A stretch of DNA of 24,704 nt, from positions 1 through 24,704 of IMG/VR virus record IMGVR_UViG_3300036546_000362. One strand, given 5' to 3'. Numbering within the stretch: the stretch's first letter is position 1; each line of letters opens with the position of its first letter. The DNA is from a virus (Duplodnaviria; Caudoviricetes). This document shows, piece after piece, positions 16,089 through 24,704 of this stretch. The notes beneath the pieces were generated by a model. That model saw only the letters and a program-made list of their open reading frames with translations. It had not been told where the DNA came from and did no database searches. Both the position numbers and the translations under genes were made by a program.

Positions 16089-16679
16089 ATGCTGACCTTT
16101 CCCCCTGACATTTACCCAACTCAATGCGATTGGCGCTTGGTGCATCGTACTCGGGCGTTTCGTAACCCTTATAACAACCAGGTGCAAACGCTGTCGCTGC
16201 CAGGCGCCTACTGGCAGGCACAGTTAACCTTTGCCAATTTAAGCCGTGCCCAGGGGGCTAAGCTGCATGGGTTTGTGGCATCGATGCGGGGTATGGCTGG
16301 CAGGGTTAAACTGTTTGACCATGCTATTACCAACCCTGCTTACAGCGCAGCGCCTTTGGTCAGCGGTGCGGGGCAAATGGGTAAACAACTTAACGTAAAC
16401 TGGTTACCTGGTGCACTGTTACCTGCTGGCCATTATGTACAGGTGGGAGAGCAGCTGTTAGTGCTGACCAGTGATGCATTGGCCGATGCTGGCGGAGCTT
16501 GTACTTTTCTGTTTGAGCCCGCGCTACGTAGCATACCTGCCAATGGCACAGCCATTGTGGTTGATAAGCCCTGTGCAACCATGATGTTCAGTGACGACGA
16601 CCAAGGTATGCGCCGCAGCAGTAAACGCCTGGTGCTATCCAGTGCGAGCCTATCGTTTGTGGAGGATATCTACTCATGA
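16089..16679 (+). CDS. Minor tail protein (distal-tail-like)
   Basis: First structural gene after TMP; Q....PGAYW.A.LTF...GFVASMRG..G and FEPALR patterns typical of siphophage tail-tip genes. Confidence 0.65.
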   Translation: MLTFPPDIYPTQCDWRLVHRTRAFRNPYNNQVQTLSLPGAYWQAQLTFANLSRAQGAKLHGFVASMRGMAGRVKLFDHAITNPAYSAAPLVSGAGQMGKQLNVNWLPGALLPAGHYVQVGEQLLVLTSDALADAGGACTFLFEPALRSIPANGTAIVVDKPCATMMFSDDDQGMRRSSKRLVLSSASLSFVEDIYS

Positions 16680-17311
16680 TTGGCTTCGCTTCACCTCAGT
16701 TAAAAGCCTATCTGCGCCAAGCCAACGTGTGCGCCATCTTGCTTACCAAACTCGACTTTGCTTCAGGCTATGTATGCGTCCACAGCGGTGTTGGCACCAT
16801 AGAGTATGCAGGAAACAGTTACCTTGGTGTTGGGGGCCTGGGCAAGGTTGGGGCTGTGACTCAAAACGGGAAGGTGCAGCCAAATAAGCTGCGTCTTACG
16901 TTGTCGGGCATACCGCCTGCGCTACTGGCCACAGCAATGACAGAACAATATCAAAACCGCCTGGGGCAATTGATGTTGGCGGCATTGGATGAACAAACCG
17001 CCGGAGTTATTGCTGCTGATGTGCTGTTTGCTGGTCGTATGGATGTGATGACGTTGCGTGATGGCAGTAGTGCCAGTTTACAACTGGACATTAATAGTCG
17101 CGGTGTGGACTGGAAGAACGCCCGCAATGGTCGTTATACCCATGCTGACCAATTGGCTCGCCACCCAGATGACAACTTTTTCGAGTTTGTTGCCCAGACC
17201 ACAGAGCGTGAGCTGCAGTGGGGTGTGCCGGGTGGCAGTGCCAAGTTAACCAGCGGTGGTGGCCGAGGTGGCAGCGGTAGCCAATCCACTGGCCGCCGCC
17301 AGATGAAATAG
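16676..17311 (+). CDS. Minor tail protein (tail-tip complex)
   Basis: ATGA overlap; Y.GVG.LG.VG, LTLSGIP, F.GRMD and RYT.ADQ..RHP.D.FFEFV patterns. Confidence 0.7.
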   Translation: MIGFASPQLKAYLRQANVCAILLTKLDFASGYVCVHSGVGTIEYAGNSYLGVGGLGKVGAVTQNGKVQPNKLRLTLSGIPPALLATAMTEQYQNRLGQLMLAALDEQTAGVIAADVLFAGRMDVMTLRDGSSASLQLDINSRGVDWKNARNGRYTHADQLARHPDDNFFEFVAQTTERELQWGVPGGSAKLTSGGGRGGSGSQSTGRRQMK

Positions 17312-17319
17312 AGGGGCTT

Positions 17320-17703
17320 ATGACATTAGCTGAGTTTGTTTCGCAGCACAGAGCTACCCCCTTTTTATGGGGAAAACATGACTGCTGCTTGCTGGCAGCG
17401 AATTGGCTTAAGGCAAATGGCCGTGGCGATCTGGCCGCTAGCTTTAGAGGTACTTACAGCTCTGAGCTGGGGGCAATGCGTGCTATTCGACGTGCGGGGT
17501 TTGATTCTCTCTCGGAGTTACTTATTTCATTGCTTGGCCAGCCGACACCACCACTATCGTTAACACGCGGTGCAGTGGTGCTGCTCGATACACCAATGGG
17601 TGACGTGGTGGGCATTTATCAGGGGAGCGATTGCTTTGCCTTGGCCACTGAGGGGCTGGTGTCTTATCCGAAAGTTAACATCACGATGGGGTGGAATGTT
17701 TAA
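17320..17703 (+). CDS. NlpC/P60-like tail assembly protein (lambda gpK-like, DUF6950-type)
   Basis: PF.WG.HDCC.LAA motif and FRGTYSS..GA; located immediately before the tip protein gene. Confidence 0.72.
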   Translation: MTLAEFVSQHRATPFLWGKHDCCLLAANWLKANGRGDLAASFRGTYSSELGAMRAIRRAGFDSLSELLISLLGQPTPPLSLTRGAVVLLDTPMGDVVGIYQGSDCFALATEGLVSYPKVNITMGWNV

Positions 17704-20700
17704 TGGGCAAGGTTGTCGATGCGCTGATAGATGGTACTCCCCTCGGTAAGCTTGTTTGGGATGCCATTGGTGTTGATGCATGGTGGGAAATCGGTGTGGG
17801 GAAATATGTGCGTGAGGCGCTTATCCCTATTCCTGATGATGACTTTGGTAACGAGGCTATGTCGCAGCAGCAGATGCTGCGCTCTCCCACCGAGGCGCGC
17901 CGCTCCATTTACGGTAAGGCAATGGTTTCAGGCCCAATTGTGTTTGCTGCAGAAACCGGCACGGATAACGAATATCTGCACCTGGTGATACCTCTGGCCG
18001 CACATCAATGTGCGGATGTGCTTGAAATCTATTTCGACGATGAAGTGGTGTACCAAAACGGCAGCTTAGATACCGCCTATAGTAAGCATGCTCGAATTAA
18101 TATCCATCTCGGTACGCAAACCGCTGCGGATAGTGATTTGCTGGCCGAGTGCGAACACTGGACGGCAAGCCATATAGGGTTGGGCATTACTTACTTATAT
18201 GTGCGCCTTAAACATGATCCCGAGTTTTATGCCAATGGCCTGCCGAACATTAAAGCCCTGGTGCAGGGTAAGCCACTTTATGATCCTCGCAAAGACTCAA
18301 CCGTGGGTGGCAGTGGGAGCCACCGCTGGGATGATGAGTCTAGTTGGGAGTGGAGTGATAACTGGGCCTTATGTGTATTGGATTACACCCGCTTTGAATC
18401 CGGTGTGGGTGCATTGGTTAACGAAATCGATCTGCCATCTTATGCCTTGGCTGCCAATGACAGTGATCAGTTGGTTGAGTATGACGATGAGGGAAATACC
18501 GAGAAGCGTTATACCTGTAATGGCACCTTTACCCAGTCGATGACCCCCGCCTCAGTACTCGACAAGCTGCTCACCGCTGGGGCTGGAATGCAGACCTATT
18601 CATCAGGTAAGTATCAGCTATTCTCGGGCGTGTATCAGGGGCCGCATCTACTAACCATCGGCGAGGCCGATTTAGCCGGTGAAGTGGAAGTGAGGCCGTT
18701 TAATGCCAGGGCACAGCTGTGTAATGCCGTGCGCGGAACCTTTGTTGATCCCGACAACTTCTATCAGCCCACCGACTTTGCGCCTTATGAGTCAGATTAT
18801 TATCGTGCCCAGGATAATTGCGAGTATATCGATCATGATATCGATTTGCCGTTTACCCAGTCGGCCTATACAGCACAGCGTCTAGCCAAGCTGCACTTAG
18901 AGCTTAATCGTGCCGGGCAGCAGATAGTCGCTCCGCTGAATATGATTGGTCTCAGTGTCTCTGTCGGCCAAGTCGTTGAACTCGATTTACCACGCTTAGG
19001 CATAAAAGCCGAATATCAGGTAATGGATTGGCAATTCGATTTTGGTCAGCCCATAAAAGTGACACTGCGTGAGACTGGGCCAGCACTGTTCGACTACGAC
19101 AAGGGCAGCTATACAGATAGAAAGCTGACACCAGTATTGAACCTGCCATCATCCAAGCGAGTGCCAACCGTGACGGGCGTGCTGTGGACGCCCATGGGCG
19201 ATGATGCCAACTGGCAGGGCTTATTAGCATGGAATGCACCAGGTGGTAACAGCGCCTATCGCTATCGCTTAGAGGTGAGCAATGGACTCAATGTGGTGGT
19301 GTATCAAGCCACTATTGATGGCACCAGGCACCATATTCCCAAGTTGGATGCGGGCAACTACACCATTACCCTGTGGGCCGTAAATCTGTTTGCCAATCGC
19401 TCCAATGTACCAGCGACCATCGCTATCGGTGCCGATGCACCGCCAGCCGTGACTGGGATCTTGGTGGATACCGGAGCCCTTGAATTAACTCTGAGGCCAC
19501 AAACAGCAGCGATCACCGCCACAACTACCGAGTTTGAAGTAAAAGGTGGTCTAAGTAGCGATATTTCCAATGCGCAATTCATCGGCCAAGGCAAGGAAGT
19601 GATTTGGCCAGGACGGCATGCCAATACCCAGTATTTTGTCTGGGCACGCGCGACGAATAACTTCGGTACCAGTGCCTGGTTTGGCCCGATTATCGCGCAC
19701 ACGACTAGCGATAAATCTGCCATAGTCGATCTGCTGGGAAACACCTTTGACAAGTATACCTGGTTCGCTTGGGCCGACGATAAACAAGGCACAGGCTTTA
19801 CTACCGATGAGGCTATTGGGGATGGCAAGGCATATTTAGGCCAGGCTATTAACAAGGATACCGCTACCCCGAGCGGTAACTGGCAGGATTACACCTGGTC
19901 GAAAATTCAGACAGATATCCCAGAGCTGTTTACTCCGGCAGAAGAGGCCGCGCTTGATAACCTGATGGCTGGCAAATTGCCTACAGGTGATAAAGATATG
20001 CTGGCGCTGCAGGATGCGCTGAATGACCCCAGTTTGAGTAACAACCTGCTGACCGCCCAGCAGCTGCTGAACCAGGGCATTAACGCGGCAGGCCTTGGCG
20101 GCGAAACCCCGACCGGGGCACAGAGTAAGGCTGATGCGGCCCGCGATGAAGCCATTTTGAAGGCCAGAAACAACCTGCTGGATTTGTCAGGCTGGGTATT
20201 GGGTGCCGCTGATAACTTTGGCAGTTTCAGCCGTTACTACGGCGAATCATCTTCTATCAATCAGGTGAAGTATTTGCCCGGCCCCTTTGGCGCTCAGGTA
20301 CCGGTTTGGGAATTTGAAACCACGGTTAACCAGTCGCCGTCAGGTTCTTGGGGTGGGGGTTTTAGGGCTTACCTCAGTGGTGCCAATTATAACCCGAAAA
20401 AGGCTTACCGTTTTTGCTGCTGGATAAAGCGCAGTTCGTTAAGTGGTTACACTTACATGGGCTATGACTCAGTTTGGAATTTGGGCAGTACCACGTTAAA
20501 CGCCAATCCATATGCTATTAACAGCAACAATCCCCCGGCCGCTGATACCTGGTATTTGCTGGTTGCGGTGATCCACGGCAGTGATTATGCCGGAACCGAT
20601 AACAGTGGTTTAACCGGTTATTGGGATCCTAACACCGGCAAGCGGGTGTTTGTTGGTAATGAGTATCGCACGATTGCCGATGATAACTCGCTGTGGTTCA

Positions 20701-23700
20701 GGATGGCCCAGTATCGCACTGATTCAGGTACCAAGACGCAATATTATGCGCCTCTGTTACAGGCGCTTGACGGTACCGAAACCCCGATATCTGCCATTTT
20801 GCTTGATCCTGCTATTTCTGAGGCCAGAGCCATTGCAGCTGCTGCAGCTGATGCGACCAGTAAGGCTGACAGCGCCCAAAGTGCCGCCGAGGCTTACGCG
20901 CTGGCCAAGGCCAATCTGGCTGAAACCCAGGCCAAGGCCTATGCCGATGGTGTGGTAGACGCCGAAGAAGCCCGCGCCATTGCTGACGCCCAGGCCAAGG
21001 CAGATGCCGCGAAGGCTGCCGCTATTGCCGCCGCTGCAACCGATGCCACCACCAAGGCCAATAATGCCAAAGCCCAGGCTGAGGCCAATGCCGCCCTGGA
21101 TGCACAAAACAAAGCAACGGCCGCCCGCTCGGGTGCTGTTGCTGATGCCAAAGCAGATCCAGAGCTTGCCAATAACACCACCGCTAACGGGGTGACCAAT
21201 ATTCCAGCCCCGCTTGGCGGCAGCATAAGTTATAACAGCAACCCGATTATAGGGGCGATAAAGATTGCCCTGCCGCAATCATATACATCGACCATGCTGC
21301 GCTTTACCGTTGACGTATTCACTTACGAGGGTGATAAGAGTTTCTCTGTACAGTTTGCTGGATACAACTACCAAAGCGGCAGCTATTGGGCCAACTGCAC
21401 CGCTAAAATAATCGGAGATAGTGCCAGCAACCATCAGGTCCGTTTCGGGAATGAAAATGGTAAATGTTGTGTTTGGATAGGCAACACCGGAGATAGATGG
21501 GTTTATCCAAAAGTGTTGGTGCGTGATGTCTTTGCCAGCTACAACGCCTATGACCTTGGGCGCTGGGCCAGCGGATGGCTGATAAGCATTGAAAGCGCGT
21601 TTGGCACAGTAGACGTTGTGCTGTCAGATAACTTGGTAGGATCGCAGTATGCAAAAACGCAGGCCGAAAACGCCCAAAGCGCCGCCGAGGCTTACGCGCT
21701 GGCCAAGGCCAATCTGGCAGAGGTGCAGGCAAAGGCCTATGCCGATGGCGTGGTAGATGCTGAGGAAGCCCGCGCCATTGCTGACGCCCAGGCCAAGGCT
21801 GATGCCGCCAAGGCTGCCGCGATAGCCGCAGCAGCTGCTGATGCCACCACCAAGGCCAATTCCGCGGTTTCTTCTGCCGTGGCAACAGCAGAAGAAACCA
21901 GCGGCCGCTGGACCCGCAATTATGTGGCCAGTGCAACCCTGCACCCAGAGCTGCTTGGCCGTGATGGTGCCAGTTTACCGCAGTATTACAGTACCACTTA
22001 CGGCGCTACCACCAACACCAAGGCAGTGTATGACGTTACCATGGTAACAACTGGCACCGTCACGGTAACCAAAACCGTGGGTCAGCTGGCCTGGAATGGC
22101 GCCGCCTGGGAATGGACGCTTATCTCTGCAGTAGGCCAAGGCAGTAACCACCCCGGCATCTTGATTGAGAACGGCAAGCCGGTGGTCATTACCTGGCATG
22201 GCAATAACTACACCATTGCAGTGGCTATGTCTTGGGCCAATATCTCAACCAATATTGTTCGCGCCGGTCAGGTGATGGCTGATGCGATTACAGCCAATGA
22301 ACTTTATGCAGATACTGCGTTGATAACCAAGCTGATAGCCAATCAAGCGCTGTTCAATCAGGTTAAATCCAGACTGGGTACCTTTGGCGGCCTGACCGCT
22401 GAAACCATTGCCGCCCTGGCGATTGCCACCAACCACCTGCAGGCTGGCGCGGTGACTTCCGATAAGGTGACTGCTGACACGGCATTGATTAACAAGCTGA
22501 TCGCCAGCCAGGGCTTGTTTGATGCCCTGCAGGCGCGTTTTGGTGTGTTTGGCGGCCTGGCGGCTCAGTCGATTGCAGCCAAGGCCATCAGCACGGATAA
22601 ACTGGCCGTGACAGCCAGGAACCTGGTGAACAATGTTAGCCAAACAGGCGTTATGGATGGTTGGAACGGGTCAACGATCAGTATCGCCGATCACACTCAT
22701 AACGGAAGTCAAATTAAGGTTATAGAGTCAACAGTTGCTAACCTAAACAGCTATAACTACAGCAACTATTTTGATGTAGACAACACGAAGATTTATCAAG
22801 TAGATGTATCTATTCATAGGGTTAGTGGCGGTCTTAATGGGCACCAGTATTTTGGTCTGCTTGCTAATGGTGAGTTAGTTACCCGCTATAACGCATCTAC
22901 ACGGCAAATAATAGGTACAACAACTAATCCATACTTTTGGACGGGCGATCTGAATGATGGTGAAACCAGACAAATTCGGACATATATAGTTGGATCTGAA
23001 GTAGACAAAGATTCGATACCTGAAACTCTTAATGCCAGTGAATATTTTCAGCTGAACCCTGGCATTAAGGTTGCAGGCCTTAGAATAATGAATTACATGA
23101 GTGGCACTTCACTGACAGGCGTCACTCGCTTTTTCAACATCACGGTTACAGAACTGGGCGGCGGCCAGATATCAGCCAACCAGTTACTGGCCAATTCTGC
23201 CCTGTTCAACCAGCTTAAAGCCAAAATTGCCAGTTTTGGCGGCCTGACAGCCACCGAGATCCTGGCAGATACAGCGCTGATTAATAAGTTGGTCGGCAGC
23301 AGCGCTCTGTTTAATGAGCTGCAGGCCCGCCTGGCTGTGTTTGGCGGCCTGACGGCCAACAGCATTGCCGCCGGGGCCATCTTGGGTAATCACATCAAAG
23401 CCGGTGAGAAAATCACATCGCCCATCATTGAGGGCGGCGAGCTGCGACTGGTAGGCTCCAGCTTTATGAAAGTGAGCGCCGCCACCGCCTTTGGCCCTGA
23501 TGGCCTGATTGAGTGGTACGGGCCTAAGCTGCTTGTGGGTGGCAACCCTGACTGGGCCAACCTGAAAAAGAGCAACGCCATTACCTACCTGGCAGCCAAC
23601 GGTGATGCCTATTTTGGCGGCAGTTTGAGTGCTGGGATATTGAAAAATTCAGTCGCGACATCCGATAAAAACAAATATGAAGCCGGAACCGCTCCAGTAT

Positions 23701-24086
23701 CTCTTGGCCCGTTCTCAACCAATGGACGTACCAAGGTCGTAGTTGTCTCATTCGATATGCGAGCGTCAACTCGATATAGCAGCAACCCAGGGAGTGTCTC
23801 AGCCCCTGTTTTAAAGTGGCAATTACAGAAGCTTATTAATGGAAATTGGACATCGTTAACAAGCGGTACGTATCAAGGTACAGCATCTGTGTATTTTGAA
23901 AACGATGACCCCAGCAACACGTACTGGCAGGAATCACAGAGCTGTCAAGGATCCACAACGTATACAGACACCAGCACATCATCAGCAGACGTTACATACC
24001 GCATCCTGGTTACGTCTTACTACAGAAATGCAACAAACGGCGTAATTGAACGACAAATTCTGAGCATTATTTCAACTGAACAATAA
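17703..24086 (+). CDS. Tail tip / host specificity protein (gpJ-like), about 2127 aa, with FN3-like domains and modular C-terminal fibre
   Basis: N-terminal R..IYG.A.VSG, V.GK.LYDPR, WSDNWALC.LDY, RYTCNG, NAVRGTF.DP and LPFT.S...AQRLAK; FN3-like region ~19170-19710; repeated helical linkers downstream. Start at ATG 17703 (TAATG coupling). Confidence 0.88.
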   Translation: MGKVVDALIDGTPLGKLVWDAIGVDAWWEIGVGKYVREALIPIPDDDFGNEAMSQQQMLRSPTEARRSIYGKAMVSGPIVFAAETGTDNEYLHLVIPLAAHQCADVLEIYFDDEVVYQNGSLDTAYSKHARINIHLGTQTAADSDLLAECEHWTASHIGLGITYLYVRLKHDPEFYANGLPNIKALVQGKPLYDPRKDSTVGGSGSHRWDDESSWEWSDNWALCVLDYTRFESGVGALVNEIDLPSYALAANDSDQLVEYDDEGNTEKRYTCNGTFTQSMTPASVLDKLLTAGAGMQTYSSGKYQLFSGVYQGPHLLTIGEADLAGEVEVRPFNARAQLCNAVRGTFVDPDNFYQPTDFAPYESDYYRAQDNCEYIDHDIDLPFTQSAYTAQRLAKLHLELNRAGQQIVAPLNMIGLSVSVGQVVELDLPRLGIKAEYQVMDWQFDFGQPIKVTLRETGPALFDYDKGSYTDRKLTPVLNLPSSKRVPTVTGVLWTPMGDDANWQGLLAWNAPGGNSAYRYRLEVSNGLNVVVYQATIDGTRHHIPKLDAGNYTITLWAVNLFANRSNVPATIAIGADAPPAVTGILVDTGALELTLRPQTAAITATTTEFEVKGGLSSDISNAQFIGQGKEVIWPGRHANTQYFVWARATNNFGTSAWFGPIIAHTTSDKSAIVDLLGNTFDKYTWFAWADDKQGTGFTTDEAIGDGKAYLGQAINKDTATPSGNWQDYTWSKIQTDIPELFTPAEEAALDNLMAGKLPTGDKDMLALQDALNDPSLSNNLLTAQQLLNQGINAAGLGGETPTGAQSKADAARDEAILKARNNLLDLSGWVLGAADNFGSFSRYYGESSSINQVKYLPGPFGAQVPVWEFETTVNQSPSGSWGGGFRAYLSGANYNPKKAYRFCCWIKRSSLSGYTYMGYDSVWNLGSTTLNANPYAINSNNPPAADTWYLLVAVIHGSDYAGTDNSGLTGYWDPNTGKRVFVGNEYRTIADDNSLWFRMAQYRTDSGTKTQYYAPLLQALDGTETPISAILLDPAISEARAIAAAAADATSKADSAQSAAEAYALAKANLAETQAKAYADGVVDAEEARAIADAQAKADAAKAAAIAAAATDATTKANNAKAQAEANAALDAQNKATAARSGAVADAKADPELANNTTANGVTNIPAPLGGSISYNSNPIIGAIKIALPQSYTSTMLRFTVDVFTYEGDKSFSVQFAGYNYQSGSYWANCTAKIIGDSASNHQVRFGNENGKCCVWIGNTGDRWVYPKVLVRDVFASYNAYDLGRWASGWLISIESAFGTVDVVLSDNLVGSQYAKTQAENAQSAAEAYALAKANLAEVQAKAYADGVVDAEEARAIADAQAKADAAKAAAIAAAAADATTKANSAVSSAVATAEETSGRWTRNYVASATLHPELLGRDGASLPQYYSTTYGATTNTKAVYDVTMVTTGTVTVTKTVGQLAWNGAAWEWTLISAVGQGSNHPGILIENGKPVVITWHGNNYTIAVAMSWANISTNIVRAGQVMADAITANELYADTALITKLIANQALFNQVKSRLGTFGGLTAETIAALAIATNHLQAGAVTSDKVTADTALINKLIASQGLFDALQARFGVFGGLAAQSIAAKAISTDKLAVTARNLVNNVSQTGVMDGWNGSTISIADHTHNGSQIKVIESTVANLNSYNYSNYFDVDNTKIYQVDVSIHRVSGGLNGHQYFGLLANGELVTRYNASTRQIIGTTTNPYFWTGDLNDGETRQIRTYIVGSEVDKDSIPETLNASEYFQLNPGIKVAGLRIMNYMSGTSLTGVTRFFNITVTELGGGQISANQLLANSALFNQLKAKIASFGGLTATEILADTALINKLVGSSALFNELQARLAVFGGLTANSIAAGAILGNHIKAGEKITSPIIEGGELRLVGSSFMKVSAATAFGPDGLIEWYGPKLLVGGNPDWANLKKSNAITYLAANGDAYFGGSLSAGILKNSVATSDKNKYEAGTAPVSLGPFSTNGRTKVVVVSFDMRASTRYSSNPGSVSAPVLKWQLQKLINGNWTSLTSGTYQGTASVYFENDDPSNTYWQESQSCQGSTTYTDTSTSSADVTYRILVTSYYRNATNGVIERQILSIISTEQ
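20874..21860 (+). repeat. Two 189-bp near-identical direct repeats (20874-21062 and 21672-21860) inside the tip gene
   Basis: Both encode AQSAAEAYALAKANLAE(T/V)QAKAYADGVVDAEEARAIADAQAKADAAKAAAIAAAA(T/A)DATTKAN; offset 798 bp. Confidence 0.92.
22308..23357 (+). repeat. Four dispersed copies of an ~31-aa motif ADTALIxKLxxxxALFxxLxARxxxFGGLxA
   Basis: Copies at about 22308-22400, 22473-22565, 23176-23252 (partial) and 23265-23357, all containing TTTGGCGGCCTG. Confidence 0.85.
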
Positions 24087-24103
24087 ACAATAGGAGGCCT
24101 AAA

Positions 24104-24517
24104 ATGGCTTTAACTTTACCGACAATTTCACTGGCATCTGGAATTGATATCGCGAATCCGCTACTTGTGATATCGGAGCTAAACGTTAACAACAACGCAT
24201 CGATTAACGAGCGTCTGGAAGTCACCCTGGCCCCAGGAGATGGTGACGCTGTTAACGATGGCTATAAGATTGTCCCTACGAATCACGGTGGCAAAGGTTG
24301 CACCTACATGGTTAGTGTTTTTGCCACCCAGGCTGCATTCGAGGCGGGTAAGCCAGCCGTGGAAGTGTTACGCGATCAACGCTCAGTAAAGGTATTTAGT
24401 GTGCAGTTGTTAGATGCGGCATATGAGGGTATGACTCCACGCCAAGCGGCCTATGCTCATCTAGCTACACAAGAGGGTTTTGTGGAAGCGTCAGAGGTAC
24501 CAGGGATAATGGTTTAA
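24104..24517 (+). CDS. Hypothetical protein, possibly tail fibre-associated chaperone
   Basis: Strong SD AGGAGG; last phage gene, right after the tip protein; pattern V.VFA..AAFEAGKP...AYAHL....F seen in small post-fibre proteins. Confidence 0.6.
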   Translation: MALTLPTISLASGIDIANPLLVISELNVNNNASINERLEVTLAPGDGDAVNDGYKIVPTNHGGKGCTYMVSVFATQAAFEAGKPAVEVLRDQRSVKVFSVQLLDAAYEGMTPRQAAYAHLATQEGFVEASEVPGIMV

Positions 24518-24523
24518 GTAACG

Positions 24524-24560
24524 TTTAAAGGGGGTTAACCAGTTACTAACCCCCTTTAAA
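24524..24560. terminator. Terminator-like hairpin (possibly bidirectional) at the end of the late operon
   Basis: Perfect 14-bp inverted repeat TTTAAAGGGGGTTA / TAACCCCCTTTAAA with a 9-nt loop. Confidence 0.7.
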
Positions 24561-24623
24561 ATAACCGAGCTTCAATTTTTAAGACCACTCGGTTCGGTTT
24601 TTTAAATTACGAGGCGCGCTACA
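24555..24623 (+). other. Prophage right end (attR) with candidate transposase-binding sites; terminal CA at 24622-24623
   Basis: Related motifs TTTAAAATAACCGAG (inverted), TTCAATTTTTAAG and TTCGGTTTTTTAAA precede GCGCGCTACA; flanking IS4 similarity stops at this point. Confidence 0.75.
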
Positions 24624-24704
24624 TTGGCACTTCGCTTAAACACATCCCGAACAACATCAGAGCCCAGCCGTTTGCGCGCTTGCGTGACAGCACTGCGAGC
24701 AACG
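24624..24704 (-). pseudogene. IS4-family transposase fragment interrupted by the prophage
   Basis: Minus-strand translation VARSAVTQARKRLGSDVVRDVFKRSA resembles my recollection of E. coli IS4 transposase (VAPSAVIQARQRLGSEAVRRVF); only 26 codons are visible. Confidence 0.78.

Larger units (their letters stand above)
1..24623 (+). mobile_element. Mu-like transposable prophage (late region and right end; siphovirus-type tail), truncated on the left by the window
   Basis: Mu gene order gp28-gp29-gp30(F)-gp31(G)-I/Z-T-gp35-gp36, then tail genes. Ends in ...GCGCGCTACA, beyond which the sequence becomes IS4 transposase coding sequence. Confidence 0.93.

Noticed and set aside
20757-22643. Several long minus-strand ORFs (e.g. 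20757-21278, 21403-21936, 22245-22643)
   Set aside because: Shadow ORFs of Ala-rich, GC-rich repetitive coding sequence on the plus strand.
20874-24086. Diversity-generating retroelement TR/VR pair or shufflon in the tip gene
   Set aside because: The repeats are direct, both coding, and differ mostly at synonymous positions rather than at adenines only; there is no reverse transcriptase or invertase in the window.
24643-24655. ATCCCGAAC as a third late-promoter box
   Set aside because: The match is short, lacks the TTCC-ATCC half and the -10 spacing, and lies within the IS4 coding flank.

Overview
Nearly the whole window (1-24623) is the late-gene half and right end of a transposable Mu-like prophage, probably from a gammaproteobacterium (the host cannot be determined from sequence alone). 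The head module is Mu-type: terminase gp28, portal gp29, MuF gp30, gpG, protease I with embedded scaffold Z, cement protein, gpT, gp35, gp36. The tail is non-contractile and siphovirus-type: terminator, tube, frameshifting chaperone pair, tape measure, tail-tip genes and a ~2127-aa modular tip/host-specificity protein. The prophage appears to end at ...GCGCGCTACA (24623), where it interrupts an IS4-family transposase. Three accessory genes are present. The most notable signals are: (i) a MuF protein with a C-terminal PBECR2-like nuclease domain and no protein immunity gene, followed by a convergent sigma70 promoter reading into a two-hairpin, loop-loop complementary RNA (candidate RNA antitoxin); (ii) two matching late-promoter motifs, each embedded in a hairpin reaching a start codon and each directly downstream of an accessory gene; (iii) a moron with 19-aa repeats, a TM segment and an SH3 domain next to a candidate strong gyrase site; (iv) a repeat-delimited cassette architecture in the tail tip protein. 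All family assignments are from motif recognition and synteny, not database searches.
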